This document shows, in pieces, positions 36,022 through 45,884 of a stretch of 64,000 nucleotides of DNA; the first letter of the stretch is position 1; every line of letters starts with the position of its first letter. The DNA is from an uncultured Chloroflexia bacterium. GTDB taxonomy: Bacteria; Chloroflexota; Chloroflexia; Thermomicrobiales; UBA6265. The DNA is taken from NCBI GenBank assembly GCA_963741965.1, contig CAVUKC010000002.1:2345869-2409868 (forward strand), in the 5' to 3' direction. The translations under genes were made by a program, and so were the position numbers. The notes beneath the pieces are model-generated. The model made no database searches. It was not told the DNA's origin and was given only the letters and a program-made list of their open reading frames with translations.

Positions 36022-36816
36022 GTGGGGACGGACATTCAGGCGATACTGCTGGATCTCGACGAGACGATTCTCTTTGACCATGCAGCCAACGAGACGGCTT
36101 TCGCCGCAGTCGCCGCGCGTGCGGAAGCGGTCGTGGGGGTGGAGCCGTCCGGCCTGGTCGCGGCGATCCGGGCGGAAGCGGCCGCGCTGTGGCAGGAGGG
36201 GCCGGACCCCGCGTGGTGCCACGACATCGGCACCAGCGAGGTCGAGGGGCTGCGGGCGCGGTTCGAGGGAGAGGACCCGCGCATGGTGGCGATGCGGGCG
36301 TGGGGACCAGGGTTCCGACGACGGAGCTGGCAGCGGGCGCTGGCGCGGTGCGGTGTCGAGGACGACGCGCTGGTAGCTGACCTCGATGCCCGGTTCGAAC
36401 AGGAACGAGCGGCGACCAACCCGTTCATCCCCGGCGCAGGGGAGGCGCTGGACCGGCTCGCGCAGCGGTACCGGCTGGCGATCGTCACCAACGGCATCCC
36501 GGACGTCCAGCGCGAGAAGCTGGTTCGCACCAACCTGATGGACCGGTTCGAGGTGGTGGTGATCTCCGGCGAGCTGGGGTTCGGCAAGCCGGACCGGCAC
36601 ATCTACGACGAGGCGCTGCGGCAGATGGACCTGCCCGCCGAGGCGTGCGTGATGGTCGGGGACAACTTCCGGCGGGATGTCGCCGGTGCACAGGCGATCG
36701 GCATCCGCGGGGTGTGGATCTCCTGTGGGAAACCCGTTCCCGAGGGCGATGTCACCCCGTTCCTCGTCGTTGACTCGCTCGCAGAGCTGCCGGTGCGCCT
36801 GATTCCACAGGGGTAG
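36022..36816 (+). CDS. HAD-superfamily hydrolase (subfamily IA-like)
   Basis: ILLDLDETIL (DxD motif I), VTNG (motif II), GKPD...VGDNFRRDV (motifs III/IV). GTG start. Confidence 0.85.
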   Translation: MGTDIQAILLDLDETILFDHAANETAFAAVAARAEAVVGVEPSGLVAAIRAEAAALWQEGPDPAWCHDIGTSEVEGLRARFEGEDPRMVAMRAWGPGFRRRSWQRALARCGVEDDALVADLDARFEQERAATNPFIPGAGEALDRLAQRYRLAIVTNGIPDVQREKLVRTNLMDRFEVVVISGELGFGKPDRHIYDEALRQMDLPAEACVMVGDNFRRDVAGAQAIGIRGVWISCGKPVPEGDVTPFLVVDSLAELPVRLIPQG

Positions 36817-36904
36817 CGTGCGCGGATCAAGGCAAGGGTCGCCAGCCTCCATTTAGGTAGGCCCGGGCGTCTTCGAGGCCGCCATCACCCCCCATTGGTG
36901 TCTC

Positions 36905-37062
36905 GTAGGGGCGGACCTTGTGTCCGCCCGCTCCGGCGAATCCCATCTGCCAGGCAAGAGATCTCTCGACTCAGGGCAGGCGCTTCGGCGCATGCGCGCC
37001 CCGTCGGCTCGAAATGACAGGTTGGGTTGGGGACCCGCGGGTGCTCCAGTCGAAGTGACAGG
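36905..37062. repeat. Composite REP-like intergenic repeat (hairpin, CAAGAGATCTCTCGAC, and two TCGAA(A/G)TGACAGGTTGGG modules)
   Basis: GTAGGGGCGGACCTTGTGTCCGCCC at 36905-36929, CTCGAAATGACAGG at 37008-37021, GTCGAAGTGACAGG at 37049-37062. Confidence 0.7.
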
Positions 37063-37302
37063 TTGGGGGAGCGCCTGTTGACCGCCGACATCCCATCTGC
37101 GAAGATGAGCCCACAACCGCAATCCATGAACGGCGTTGGGACCATGCGAGGTGTGGGTGTGCCACCAGGGCGCCCGCTCTCGCGCGACGAATGGGTTTGA
37201 GCCGGCTCCGGCGGCCATGCCGGGACCGAGACGAGCCAGTTGCCGTCTCGCCGACCGGCATCGGGTCGGCAGGCGGACGGCATCCACGTCAAGGAGGACC
37301 GC

Positions 37303-38625
37303 ATGAGCGTCGATCGTACGTCCGGAATCCCGTCGGGCATCCTCGAAATCCTCACGTCCCGCCGTCAGGCGCTCAAGGGCGCCGCCGCGGCGACGGCCTT
37401 CGGGTTCCCGCTGATCCGTGCCTCCCGCGCAGCCGCGCAGGATGCCACCACCGTCACCTGGTTCGCCGGGCGCGATACCACCGGCTTCACACCGCAGCAG
37501 GTGGAGCAGTTCAACGCCGAGCACCCGGACATCCAGATCGACTATCAGGAGCAGGGCGCGGTTACCACCGATCTGCACGACAAGTTCGTCACCGTCGCCA
37601 CAGCGCAGGATTCCACAGCCGACATCGTCTCCATGGATGTCCCATTCGTGCCCGAGTTCGCGGCCGCCGGCTGGACGCTGCCGATGGAGGACTACCTCAC
37701 CGAGGACGAGCGCGCGGAGTTCTTCCCCGGTACGATCGACGGCGCGACCTACGACGGGACGCTCTACGCGATCCCCTGGTTCAACAACGGCCCGGGTCTC
37801 TTCTACCGCAAGGACCTGCTCGATGATGCGGGGATCGATGTGCCGGCGACGTACGACGATCTCGTCAGTGCGTCGAAGGAACTCGCCACCGGCGATATCT
37901 CCGGCTACATCTTCCAGGCGGTCCAAACCGAGGGCGGCGTCATCAACTTCCTCGAGTACCTCTGGGGTCACGGCGGCGAGCTGCTCGATGAGAACATGCA
38001 GGTGATCCTTGGCGATGACTCCGCCGGCGTCGATGCGATGACGCGGCTCGTCAACTACATCTACACCGACAAGATCTCGCCCGAAGCGTGCCTGACAATG
38101 ACGACCGCGGCCGATGCGGAGAACGTCTTCGCCAGTGGCAAGGCGGTGTTCCTGCGCTCGTGGATGACGGCGACCAGCGCGATGCTCGGCGACGAGTCGC
38201 AGGTCAAGGACGTGTGGGATGTCACCACCCTGCCGTCGGCGGACGGCTCAGCGCCGGGTCCGGGCTGCCTCGGCACCTGGAACCTCGGCATCTCTGCCTA
38301 CTCCGAGAACGTCGACGCCGCCGTCGAGGTGATCAAGTGGTTCACCTCGCTGGAGCAGCAGACCGCGCGCTACCTCGGCAACGGCAACCTGCCGGCACGC
38401 CCGGCCGTGTTCGAGGACGCCGACGTCACGGCGAAGTACAGCTACGTGGACCGGCTGGCGCCGGCGTTCGAGGCGCTCAAGCCGCGCCCGGTGACGCCGT
38501 ACTACAGCCAGATGTCGGCGGACGCCCTGCAACCGAACTTCGGCGCGGCGATGACGCAGCAGAAGACGCCGGAGCAGGCAATCAGCGACATGGCCGACGG
38601 CCTGCGCGCGGTCATCGGCGGGTGA
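37303..38625 (+). CDS. ABC transporter substrate-binding protein (carbohydrate type, family 1) with a Tat-like signal
   Basis: AAGGAGG lies 5 nt before the ATG. TSRRQALKGAAAATAFGFPL. The body is typical of sugar SBPs (IPWFNNGPGLFYRKDLL). Confidence 0.9.
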   Translation: MSVDRTSGIPSGILEILTSRRQALKGAAAATAFGFPLIRASRAAAQDATTVTWFAGRDTTGFTPQQVEQFNAEHPDIQIDYQEQGAVTTDLHDKFVTVATAQDSTADIVSMDVPFVPEFAAAGWTLPMEDYLTEDERAEFFPGTIDGATYDGTLYAIPWFNNGPGLFYRKDLLDDAGIDVPATYDDLVSASKELATGDISGYIFQAVQTEGGVINFLEYLWGHGGELLDENMQVILGDDSAGVDAMTRLVNYIYTDKISPEACLTMTTAADAENVFASGKAVFLRSWMTATSAMLGDESQVKDVWDVTTLPSADGSAPGPGCLGTWNLGISAYSENVDAAVEVIKWFTSLEQQTARYLGNGNLPARPAVFEDADVTAKYSYVDRLAPAFEALKPRPVTPYYSQMSADALQPNFGAAMTQQKTPEQAISDMADGLRAVIGG

Positions 38626-38706
38626 TTCCTGCCGGGTGACGGCGAGTCATGACATGAGCGGTCGCGGGCGGCCCCTGATGACCGCCCGCGACTGTTGGAG
38701 CGACGC

Positions 38707-39672
38707 ATGGCAGTCAGCAGTGGAAACAGCGCGCGCTCTGACCTGACGATGCCTCGGGCGGGCCGGCGGTGGTCACGGCAGGGGCGGTCCGAGGCGCTGC
38801 TCGCGATGTGGTTCGTGCTGCCGGCGATGCTCACCATCGCCCTGATCGCGTTCCTGCCGCTCGGTCGCGCGTTCTGGCTGAGCCTGTGGCAGATCAACCT
38901 GCGGTTCGCCAACACGCCGCGCGTCTTCGTCGGTCTGGGGAACTACTGGGACATCCTCCAGGACGACCGCTTCCACAACGCGCTCAAGGTCAGCGGGGTG
39001 ATCGCGTTCTCGTCGATCGTTGCCGAGCTGGTGCTCGGGATGATCTTCGCGCTCGCGATCAACCGCGGCTTCATCGGCCGCGGGCCGGTGCGCGCCGCGG
39101 TGCTGGTGCCGTGGGCGCTCACCACGGTGGTCTCCGCCAAGATGTGGCAGCTGATGTATCAGACCGATTTCGGCATCGTCAACCGCATCCTGATGGACCT
39201 GCACTTCATCTCGAAGCCGATCCCGTGGCTGGCGAGTCCCGACTACGCGCTGTGGTCGCTCGTGGTCGCCGAGATCTGGAAGACCACGCCCTTCGCCGCC
39301 CTGCTGCTGCTCGCCGGGCTCCAGCTCATCCCCAGCGATCTCTACGAGGCGTCCTCGCTGGACGGCGCGTCGGCGTGGTCCACCTTCTGGCACATCACGC
39401 TGCCGCTGCTGCGGCCCACGCTGCTGGTGGTGCTGCTGTTCCGCTTCATCGACGTGGCGCGGATGTTCGACCTGCCGTTCGTGCTGACCGGCGGCGGGCC
39501 GGGGTTCCAGACCGAGACGCTGACGATGTACACCTACCGGGTGCTGTTCACGAACCTCCAGTTCGGCATGGGCTCGGCGCTGGCGGTCACGGTGTTCCTC
39601 GTCGTGCTGGCGTTCAGCTTCCTGTTCATCAAGGTGCTGGGAGCGCCGGTCGGTGGCGGAGGGAGCCGGTGA
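38707..39672 (+). CDS. Sugar ABC transporter permease (MalF/UgpA-like)
   Basis: EAA loop YEASSLDGASAWSTFWHITLPLLRP. 6 TM. Confidence 0.9.
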   Translation: MAVSSGNSARSDLTMPRAGRRWSRQGRSEALLAMWFVLPAMLTIALIAFLPLGRAFWLSLWQINLRFANTPRVFVGLGNYWDILQDDRFHNALKVSGVIAFSSIVAELVLGMIFALAINRGFIGRGPVRAAVLVPWALTTVVSAKMWQLMYQTDFGIVNRILMDLHFISKPIPWLASPDYALWSLVVAEIWKTTPFAALLLLAGLQLIPSDLYEASSLDGASAWSTFWHITLPLLRPTLLVVLLFRFIDVARMFDLPFVLTGGGPGFQTETLTMYTYRVLFTNLQFGMGSALAVTVFLVVLAFSFLFIKVLGAPVGGGGSR

Positions 39673-40532
39673 TGGACGAGCACACGCGCCGCCGCTGGCG
39701 GCATGGTACGAGCGAGGGCGCGTTCTGGCTCCTGATCGTCCTCATCGTGCTCTTCTGCACGCTGCCGTTCGTCTGGACGGTGATCACCTCGCTCAAGACG
39801 CTGTCGGAGATCTACGCCTCCCCGGCGACGTACCTTCCCCACGCCCTCACGCTCGACCACTGGGAGGAGGTGCTCACCCTGACGCGCTTCACCCGGTCGC
39901 TCCTGAACAGCGCGATCGTGGCGTCCAGCGCCACCGTGATCTCGCTGCTGGTCGGGTCGACGTGCGCGTATGCCATCGCGCGGCTGCAGTTTCCGGGCAA
40001 GAACGTCGTGCTGGCCGTGGTGCTGGCGGTGGCGATGTTCCCCGGCATCGCCATCCTGAGCCCGCTCTACCTGCTGTTCCGGGACTGGGGGCTGATCAAC
40101 ACGCGGCTGTCGCTGATCCTGCCGTACGTGACGTTCACGCTGCCGGTGTGCATCTGGACGCTGACAGCGTTCTTCCGGGACCTGCCGCTGGAGGTCGAGG
40201 AGGCGGCGCGGGTGGACGGCTGCACGCGGTGGCAGGTGTACCGGCAGATCGTGGTGCCGCTGGCGGCGCCGGGGGTGTTCACGACGGCGATCCTGCTGTT
40301 CATCGCGGCGTGGAACGAGTTCCTCTTCGCGAGGACGTTCCTCAGCGATCAGGCGCTCTACACCGCGCCGGTGGCGGTGGCGCAGTTCGAGGGCGCCGAC
40401 ATTGCCGCCGCGCGGCCATGGGGGGAGATCTCGGCGGCGGCGGTTGCGACAACGCTGCCGCTCGTACTGCTGGTGCTCGTCTTCCAGCGCCGGATCATCT
40501 CCGGCCTCACCGCCGGCGCGATCAAGGGGTGA
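39672..40532 (+). CDS. Sugar ABC transporter permease (MalG/UgpE-like)
   Basis: The real gene is the last 287 codons of listed ORF 38769..40532. EAA loop EEAARVDGCTRWQVYRQIVVPLAAP. The TGATG junction gives a 1-nt stop/start overlap. No ATPase gene follows. Confidence 0.9.
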   Translation: MDEHTRRRWRHGTSEGAFWLLIVLIVLFCTLPFVWTVITSLKTLSEIYASPATYLPHALTLDHWEEVLTLTRFTRSLLNSAIVASSATVISLLVGSTCAYAIARLQFPGKNVVLAVVLAVAMFPGIAILSPLYLLFRDWGLINTRLSLILPYVTFTLPVCIWTLTAFFRDLPLEVEEAARVDGCTRWQVYRQIVVPLAAPGVFTTAILLFIAAWNEFLFARTFLSDQALYTAPVAVAQFEGADIAAARPWGEISAAAVATTLPLVLLVLVFQRRIISGLTAGAIKG

Positions 40533-40582
40533 GGCCGGGGACGCCTCCGTGCCCACGATGTCGCTCGCAGCGCGTCCGTATT

Positions 40583-40884
40583 CTGTCATTTCGACCGGCG
40601 TGCGCGCAGCGCACGAAGTGGAGAAATCTCTTGTGACGATGACTGCCATGCTCGGTACCTGACGCGATCAACGCAAGAGATTTCTCGACACGGCGGCGTT
40701 GCCTGCGCGGCGGTCCGAGCCGGCTCGAAATGACAGGTGGTGTGGGCTGCGGCGCTGAGCGGCGGGACGCCATTGCCGCTGAACGTTACCTTACCGCGCG
40801 GAACGTTGGTAGGGGCGCTCCACTGGCAGCGCCGGCAAGGCGCTTCCGCTACGGTGGTGGGCGCACGCCGGTCGAAATGACAGG
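40583..40884. repeat. Cluster of REP-like modules (three TCGAAATGACAGG copies, one inverted, plus a 13-bp inverted repeat GAGAAATCTCTTG/CAAGAGATTTCTC)
   Basis: CTGTCATTTCGACC at 40583-40596 (inverted), CTCGAAATGACAGG at 40724-40737, GTCGAAATGACAGG at 40871-40884, IR arms at 40621-40633 and 40674-40686. Confidence 0.7.
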
Positions 40885-40911
40885 ACGAGTCTGCGGAGAT
40901 TCGACGCAAGC

Positions 40912-40942
40912 AGCCGCCCGGGACGTCGTCCCGGGCGGCTGT
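40912..40942 (-). terminator. GC-rich hairpin downstream of the catalase gene
   Basis: Perfect 14-bp stem CAGCCGCCCGGGAC / GTCCCGGGCGGCTG with a 3-nt loop, 28 nt after the catalase stop. The U-tract is weak. Confidence 0.55.
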
Positions 40943-40969
40943 CGTCGCGCGTGATGGCGATGGAGGGCG

Positions 40970-42541
40970 CTAGACGCGCTGCTCCTCCATGGCGTCCATC
41001 TTCGACATCTTCTCCATCTCGGCCATCTTCGCCTTGATGCCGTCGCGGACGCGGTTGGCGAGATCCTCATCGACCTGGGTGAAGTGCTCGAGCATCCGCT
41101 CCTGCAGCGGCTCGGGGCACTGCGAGAGACCGTTGGCGAGGTTCAGCACGAGGTCGTCGCGCTCCCAGTCCTCGAGGATGTTCCGGTAGTGATTGCCCGC
41201 CTGGCCGTAGTTGTTCGTCCGGTCGATCGGCGCCTTCACGACGTCGCCCTCGACATGCGGGCTGTAGAGCGTGTAGGAGTCATCCGCCTCGGAGAGACCG
41301 GCGAGGTAGGACGGCTCGTAGTTGACCGACTGGTCCGCACCCCGGTTGTCGACGCCATACGACATCTGCCCGCCCTCCTGGTTGGTGCGGGTCGGCGCCA
41401 CCGGGCGGTTGACCGGCAGCTGCAGGTAGTTCGGGCCGACGCGGTAGCGCTGGGTGTCGCTGTAGGAGAAGGTGCGACCAACCAGCATCTTGTCGTCGGA
41501 GAAGTCGAGGCCGTCCACCAGCACACCGGTGCCGAAGGCGATCTGCTCGTTTTCGTCGAACTGGTTCTCCGGGTTCTCGTTGAGCGTCATCATGCCGACC
41601 GGGAGCAGCGGGAACTGGTCCTCCGGCCAGGTCTTGGTGTCATCCAGCGGGTCGAAGTCCAGCTCCGGGTGATCGTCGTCGCTCATGATCTGGACGAAGA
41701 GCTCCCACTTCGGGTAGTCGCCGGCCTCGATCGCATCGTAGAGGTCCTTGGTGTGGCTGCCGAGCGTGTGCGACTGGACCTCGGCGGCCTGCGCCGCCGT
41801 GAGCGACTTGACGCCCTGCTGGCTCTTCCAGTGGTACTTGACGATGACGCCCTCGCCCTTCGCGTTCACCATGCGGTAGGTGTTGACGCCGAAGCCGTCC
41901 TGGTGGCGGTAGGTGGCCGGGATGCCGCGCGGCGAGAAGACCCACATCAGCATGTGCATCGCCTCGGGCGACTCGGCCCAGAAGTCGAACGCGCGCTGGG
42001 GCACATTGGCCTCGTTGGTGACCGGGTCGGGCTTCTGCGAGTGGATGAAGTCCGGGAACTTGATCGCGTCGCGGATGAAGAACACCGGCAGGTTGTTGCC
42101 GACGAGGTCCCAGTTGCCGTCCTCGGTGCGGAACTTGACGGCGAAGCCGCGCGGGTCACGGGCGACCTCGGAGGAGTCGCGCCCACCGGCGACGGTGGAG
42201 AAGCGGACCGTGACCGGGGTCTTCTTGCCCTTCTCCTGGAAGAGCCTGGCGCGGGTGTAGGTGCTGGCGGGCTCGTCACCGATGGTGCCGTAGGCCTCGA
42301 AGACGCCGTGGGCGATGGTGCCGCGGGCGTGGACCACGCGCTCGGGGATGCGCTCGCGGTCGAAGTGGCTGATCTTCTCGAGGAACTGGTAGTTCTCCAT
42401 CGTGGCGGGGCCGCGGCTGCCCACCGTGCGGAGATCCTGGTTGTTGTGGACCGGATGCCCCTGCCGGGTGGTCAGCACCGGCTTCTCCGCCTTTGCCTTG
42501 CCATTCAGTTTTCCGTTTGCCTTGCCGTCACTCATGTCCAT
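40970..42541 (-). CDS. katA: Monofunctional heme catalase (small-subunit type)
   Basis: [15 protein letters not shown] (distal His), [25 protein letters not shown] (proximal Tyr context). AAGGAG fits the second ATG (42535) better than the first (42541). Confidence 0.95.
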   Translation of the reverse strand: MDMSDGKANGKLNGKAKAEKPVLTTRQGHPVHNNQDLRTVGSRGPATMENYQFLEKISHFDRERIPERVVHARGTIAHGVFEAYGTIGDEPASTYTRARLFQEKGKKTPVTVRFSTVAGGRDSSEVARDPRGFAVKFRTEDGNWDLVGNNLPVFFIRDAIKFPDFIHSQKPDPVTNEANVPQRAFDFWAESPEAMHMLMWVFSPRGIPATYRHQDGFGVNTYRMVNAKGEGVIVKYHWKSQQGVKSLTAAQAAEVQSHTLGSHTKDLYDAIEAGDYPKWELFVQIMSDDDHPELDFDPLDDTKTWPEDQFPLLPVGMMTLNENPENQFDENEQIAFGTGVLVDGLDFSDDKMLVGRTFSYSDTQRYRVGPNYLQLPVNRPVAPTRTNQEGGQMSYGVDNRGADQSVNYEPSYLAGLSEADDSYTLYSPHVEGDVVKAPIDRTNNYGQAGNHYRNILEDWERDDLVLNLANGLSQCPEPLQERMLEHFTQVDEDLANRVRDGIKAKMAEMEKMSKMDAMEEQRV

Positions 42542-42645
42542 GCTCCTTCATGCGGGGTGCGGACAACCCATTCAACCGCGTGACCACGTCAGAATCGTGT
42601 GAGAATCAGGGGAGGTCAGGTGGGGGTGGGCATCAGCACCGCGTG

Positions 42646-42672
42646 TTATATGCACCCCCAATTGTATATGAA
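42646..42672. promoter_or_regulatory. AT-rich imperfect inverted repeat TTATATGCA-N9-TGTATATGAA in the catalase / nucleoside-hydrolase divergent region
   Basis: This is the only AT-rich patch in the 200-nt intergenic region. It could hold a -10 element or a Fur/PerR-type box. No exact consensus match was seen. Confidence 0.25.
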
Positions 42673-42741
42673 GTGCCGTGGCGGTGTACGACCACGCGAG
42701 AGCGGTCAGGCATGCCGTGAATCTCCGTTCAGGCAGCAAGT

Positions 42742-43689
42742 GTGGAGGTAGCCATCGTGAGTGACGAGCGGTTTTCGGTGATGCTCGATACCGACATCGG
42801 TACCGATGTTGACGACTGTCTCGCGCTGGCGGTGCTGCTGGGCTCGCCGGAGATCGACCTCGCCGGGGTCACGACCGTCTACGGCGACGTCGCGCTGCGT
42901 GCGCGAATGATCCGCAAGCTGCTGCACCTTGCGGGACGCGGTGACGTGCCGGTGCACGAGGGCATCCGGGAGCCGCTGATGCGCAACCGGCCGGTGTTCT
43001 GGCCGGGGCATGAGGGCGTGGGGCTGCTGGAGCAGGGCGACGAGGAACGGTTCGGGCAGGGACCGGACCAGCACGCCGTGGATTTCCTGATCGAGCGGGT
43101 GATGGGCGCACCCGGGACGATCCATCTGCTCGCGGTCGGGCCGCTGACCAATGTCGCGGCGGCGATGATCCGCGAGCCGGAGCTGGCGCGCAATCTGGCG
43201 CAGCTGACGATCATGGGCGGGCTCATCGCCACGTGGACGAGCGGGCACGGCCCGGTGGAGCACAACATCCGGTGCGACCCCGAGGCGGCGCGAGTGGTGT
43301 TTGCCTCTGGCGCGCCGATCTCGCTGGTGCCGCTGGACGTGACCTTGAAGACGGTGATCACGAGGGAGGATGTCGCGGCGATCCGGGCGGTCGGCACACC
43401 CTTCCATGACGCGGTGGCGGAACAGGTCGCGCTCTACCCGCCGTTCGAGGAGCGCGGCGGGCAGACCTTCCTGCACGACCCGCTGGCGGCTGCCGCGCTC
43501 GTCCGGCCCGATCTGCTGGAGTGGCACGATCTGGAGGTCGATGTCGAGCTGGCGGGTCGGCTGACGACCGGGATGACGGTCGCGCGGCAGCCGGGGCAGG
43601 AGGTGCCGGCGACGGCGAGGGTCGCGATGGCCGTCGATGCCGTGGCTGCCGAGCGGTTCATCATCGAGCGGATCCGCGCCCACACCTGA
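42742..43689 (+). CDS. Inosine/uridine-preferring nucleoside hydrolase family protein
   Basis: VMLDTDIGTDVDDCLALAVLL (DxDxxxDD fingerprint). Start is ambiguous (GTG at 42742 or 42757). Confidence 0.9.
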   Translation: MEVAIVSDERFSVMLDTDIGTDVDDCLALAVLLGSPEIDLAGVTTVYGDVALRARMIRKLLHLAGRGDVPVHEGIREPLMRNRPVFWPGHEGVGLLEQGDEERFGQGPDQHAVDFLIERVMGAPGTIHLLAVGPLTNVAAAMIREPELARNLAQLTIMGGLIATWTSGHGPVEHNIRCDPEAARVVFASGAPISLVPLDVTLKTVITREDVAAIRAVGTPFHDAVAEQVALYPPFEERGGQTFLHDPLAAAALVRPDLLEWHDLEVDVELAGRLTTGMTVARQPGQEVPATARVAMAVDAVAAERFIIERIRAHT

Positions 43690-43791
43690 TCGCTTCATGG
43701 CATGGGCGGAATTGACAGGAAACCCTCGTAGCCGTCATGCTGCCGCGGAGTTCCATTGATTGTGGCGTAATTTCTTCGGGTGTGGGGGGAC

Positions 43792-44907
43792 ATGACGGTG
43801 GGAGCAACGGGACGGGTATCGCGACGTCACGCGATCGGCGCGGGGATCGGGGTGGCGGGCGCGTTGGCGATGAGCCGGGTAACCGCACAGGGGGCGACCC
43901 CGGTCGCATCGCCGGTGGCCGAGCTGCGTGTGCGGCGCAACGCGAGGGATCTCAGCGCGGATGAGAAGCGGGCGTTCACGGACGCGATTCTGGCGCTCAA
44001 GGCGAAGCCATCGCCGTGGGACGACCGTGTCAGCACCTACGACCAGTTCGTGACCTGGCATCGTGATGCCTTCCACTGCGACCTGATGGCGGCGCACATG
44101 GGCCCGGCGTTCTTTCCGTGGCACCGGCAGTTCCTGCGACTGTTCGAGCAGCAGCTGCGCGAGGTCGACCCGAGTGTGACGCTGCCGTACTGGGACTGGA
44201 CGGTCGACAACACCACGGACGCCTACATCTGGCAGGACGACTTCATGGGCGGCTCCGGCGATCCGAGCCAGGATCACGCCGTCATCGACGGGCCGTTTCG
44301 CAAGGGCGCGTGGGAGATCACCGTTTTCGACGAGGCGGACGACGAGCGGATGCCGTTCCTGGTCCGCGATCTCGGCAGCGGCAAGCTGGCGCCGGACCTG
44401 CCGACGGCGGCGCAGCTGGAGGAGGCGCTGGCGATCCCGAACTACGACGCCGCGCCATGGAACGAGCTGGCGGACCCGGCCGACAGCTTCCGGAACTTCC
44501 TCGAGGGCTGGCGCGACTGTGTGCCGCAGGACTGCTACGCGGACCCGACGAAGCACCCGGATTGCCCGGGCGACCACATGATGCACAACCGGGTGCACCT
44601 GTGGGTGTCCGGCGAGTTCATCTTCGCGCATCAGGGGGCGCATCAGCAGGAGCCGGAGCCGCTGGGGACCATGGCGATGAACGCCTCGCCGAATGACCCG
44701 GTGTTCTTCCTGCACCACGCCAATATCGACCGCTTGTGGACCGAGTGGATGCGGCGGCACGGGAGGGTGTTCGCGCCGGAGTCCGGGGCGATGCACGGGC
44801 ACAACCTGAACGATGCGATGTGGCCGTACTCGGAGATCGGGATGACGGTGACGCCGGCGATGATGCTCGACAGCGTCGCGCTCGGGTACGTCTACGACAC
44901 GGACTGA
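43792..44907 (+). CDS. Tyrosinase / type-3 copper polyphenol oxidase with its own Tat signal peptide
   Basis: VSRRHAIGAGIGVAGALAMSRVTA. CuA His in WHRDAFH...FFPWHRQF, CuB His in HNRVHLWV...FFLHHANIDRLW. Confidence 0.9.
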   Translation: MTVGATGRVSRRHAIGAGIGVAGALAMSRVTAQGATPVASPVAELRVRRNARDLSADEKRAFTDAILALKAKPSPWDDRVSTYDQFVTWHRDAFHCDLMAAHMGPAFFPWHRQFLRLFEQQLREVDPSVTLPYWDWTVDNTTDAYIWQDDFMGGSGDPSQDHAVIDGPFRKGAWEITVFDEADDERMPFLVRDLGSGKLAPDLPTAAQLEEALAIPNYDAAPWNELADPADSFRNFLEGWRDCVPQDCYADPTKHPDCPGDHMMHNRVHLWVSGEFIFAHQGAHQQEPEPLGTMAMNASPNDPVFFLHHANIDRLWTEWMRRHGRVFAPESGAMHGHNLNDAMWPYSEIGMTVTPAMMLDSVALGYVYDTD

Positions 44908-45013
44908 CCGGGTACAGCATCTGCTCGCCCGCGCGACCGGAAACTTCCGGCGCGGGAACGAGCGCGAGGGCAAGAGGAACGACGTGTGAGTGTTCGTCAT
45001 GCCGCATCCAGTT

Positions 45014-45214
45014 CGTAGGGGCGGATTCCGCAGGATATCCGCCCGGTGGTCGCGCAGCGGCCACGATGATTCCCACGAATCGATTCTGCCCTGCGGACAG
45101 GCGCTTCGCGCGGGGACCCTTCGACAAGCTCAGGGTGACGTTGCGGTGGGGTGAACTCGCTGTTCTGCCTTCAGCTCCTGCAGCGAAAACGGGCGGATAC
45201 GGGGTCCGCCCCTA
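45014..45214. repeat. Composite REP-like intergenic repeat bounded by two hairpin modules in inverted orientation
   Basis: GTAGGGGCGGATTCCGCAGGATATCCGCCC at 45014-45044, the internal ctgccctgcggacaggcgcttcgcgcggggacccttcgacaagctcagggtgac, and GGGCGGATACGGGGTCCGCCCCTA at 45191-45214 (reverse orientation). Confidence 0.7.
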
Positions 45215-45228
45215 TGGATTGGTTAATG

Positions 45229-45780
45229 CTACGAGCGGTTCTTGTTGCCCCAGGTGCCGTAGCTGACGAGCTCCTCGAGCGGCTTGCGGCCGGGCTTCGG
45301 GCCGGTCGGGCGCGGGTCCTTCGATGTCTTGTAGGGGCCGACCACCATGACGGAGTGGAGCACCATCTCCTGCGGGATGCCGAGGATGTCCTTGGCGACG
45401 CCCTCGTTCTCGGCGAACCACGCGGTGCCGGCACCGATGCCGAGCATCTCGGCGGCGATCATGATGCGCTCGCTGACGCGGCCCTCGTCGTAGGCCTCGT
45501 GGACCTCGTTCTCGCCGGGGAAGACGAGCGCGATCGCGAGCGCGCCGTCGGCGACCCAGGTGATGTTCGGGCGCAGGTCGGAGAGCTTCTTGAGGACATC
45601 CTTGTCCTCGACGACAACGAAGCGCCACGGCTGGGTGTTGCGCGAGCTGCCGGACCAGCGGGCGATCTCGAGGATCTGGTTGAGATCGTCGTCGCTGACG
45701 GCGCCGGGCTCGTACTGGCGGACCTGCCGGACCTTGCGGATGGCCTCGAGAGCGCTGGCGGTGCTGGTGACATCGGGCAT
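45229..45780 (-). CDS. Nitroreductase-family protein
   Basis: GAGGAG RBS. Start MPDVTSTASALEAIRKVRQVRQY. SSRNTQPWRFVVV (FMN-binding signature). Listed ORF 45229..46710 is an artefactual extension. Confidence 0.85.
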   Translation of the reverse strand: MPDVTSTASALEAIRKVRQVRQYEPGAVSDDDLNQILEIARWSGSSRNTQPWRFVVVEDKDVLKKLSDLRPNITWVADGALAIALVFPGENEVHEAYDEGRVSERIMIAAEMLGIGAGTAWFAENEGVAKDILGIPQEMVLHSVMVVGPYKTSKDPRPTGPKPGRKPLEELVSYGTWGNKNRS

Positions 45781-45884
45781 GGGGCTTCTCCTCGTGTCGC
45801 GTTTCGAACGTGCCTGTGTCGGCATCATAGCGTCATGAGACAGGACGGCAAAATCCTGGCCACCGGTTTGTGACCCTCGATTCG

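Noticed and set aside
38769-39671. First 301 codons of listed ORF 38769..40532, overlapping the first permease gene.
   Set aside because: It is out of frame with the genuine MalF-like permease (38707..39672) and has junk composition. The real second permease begins at 39672.
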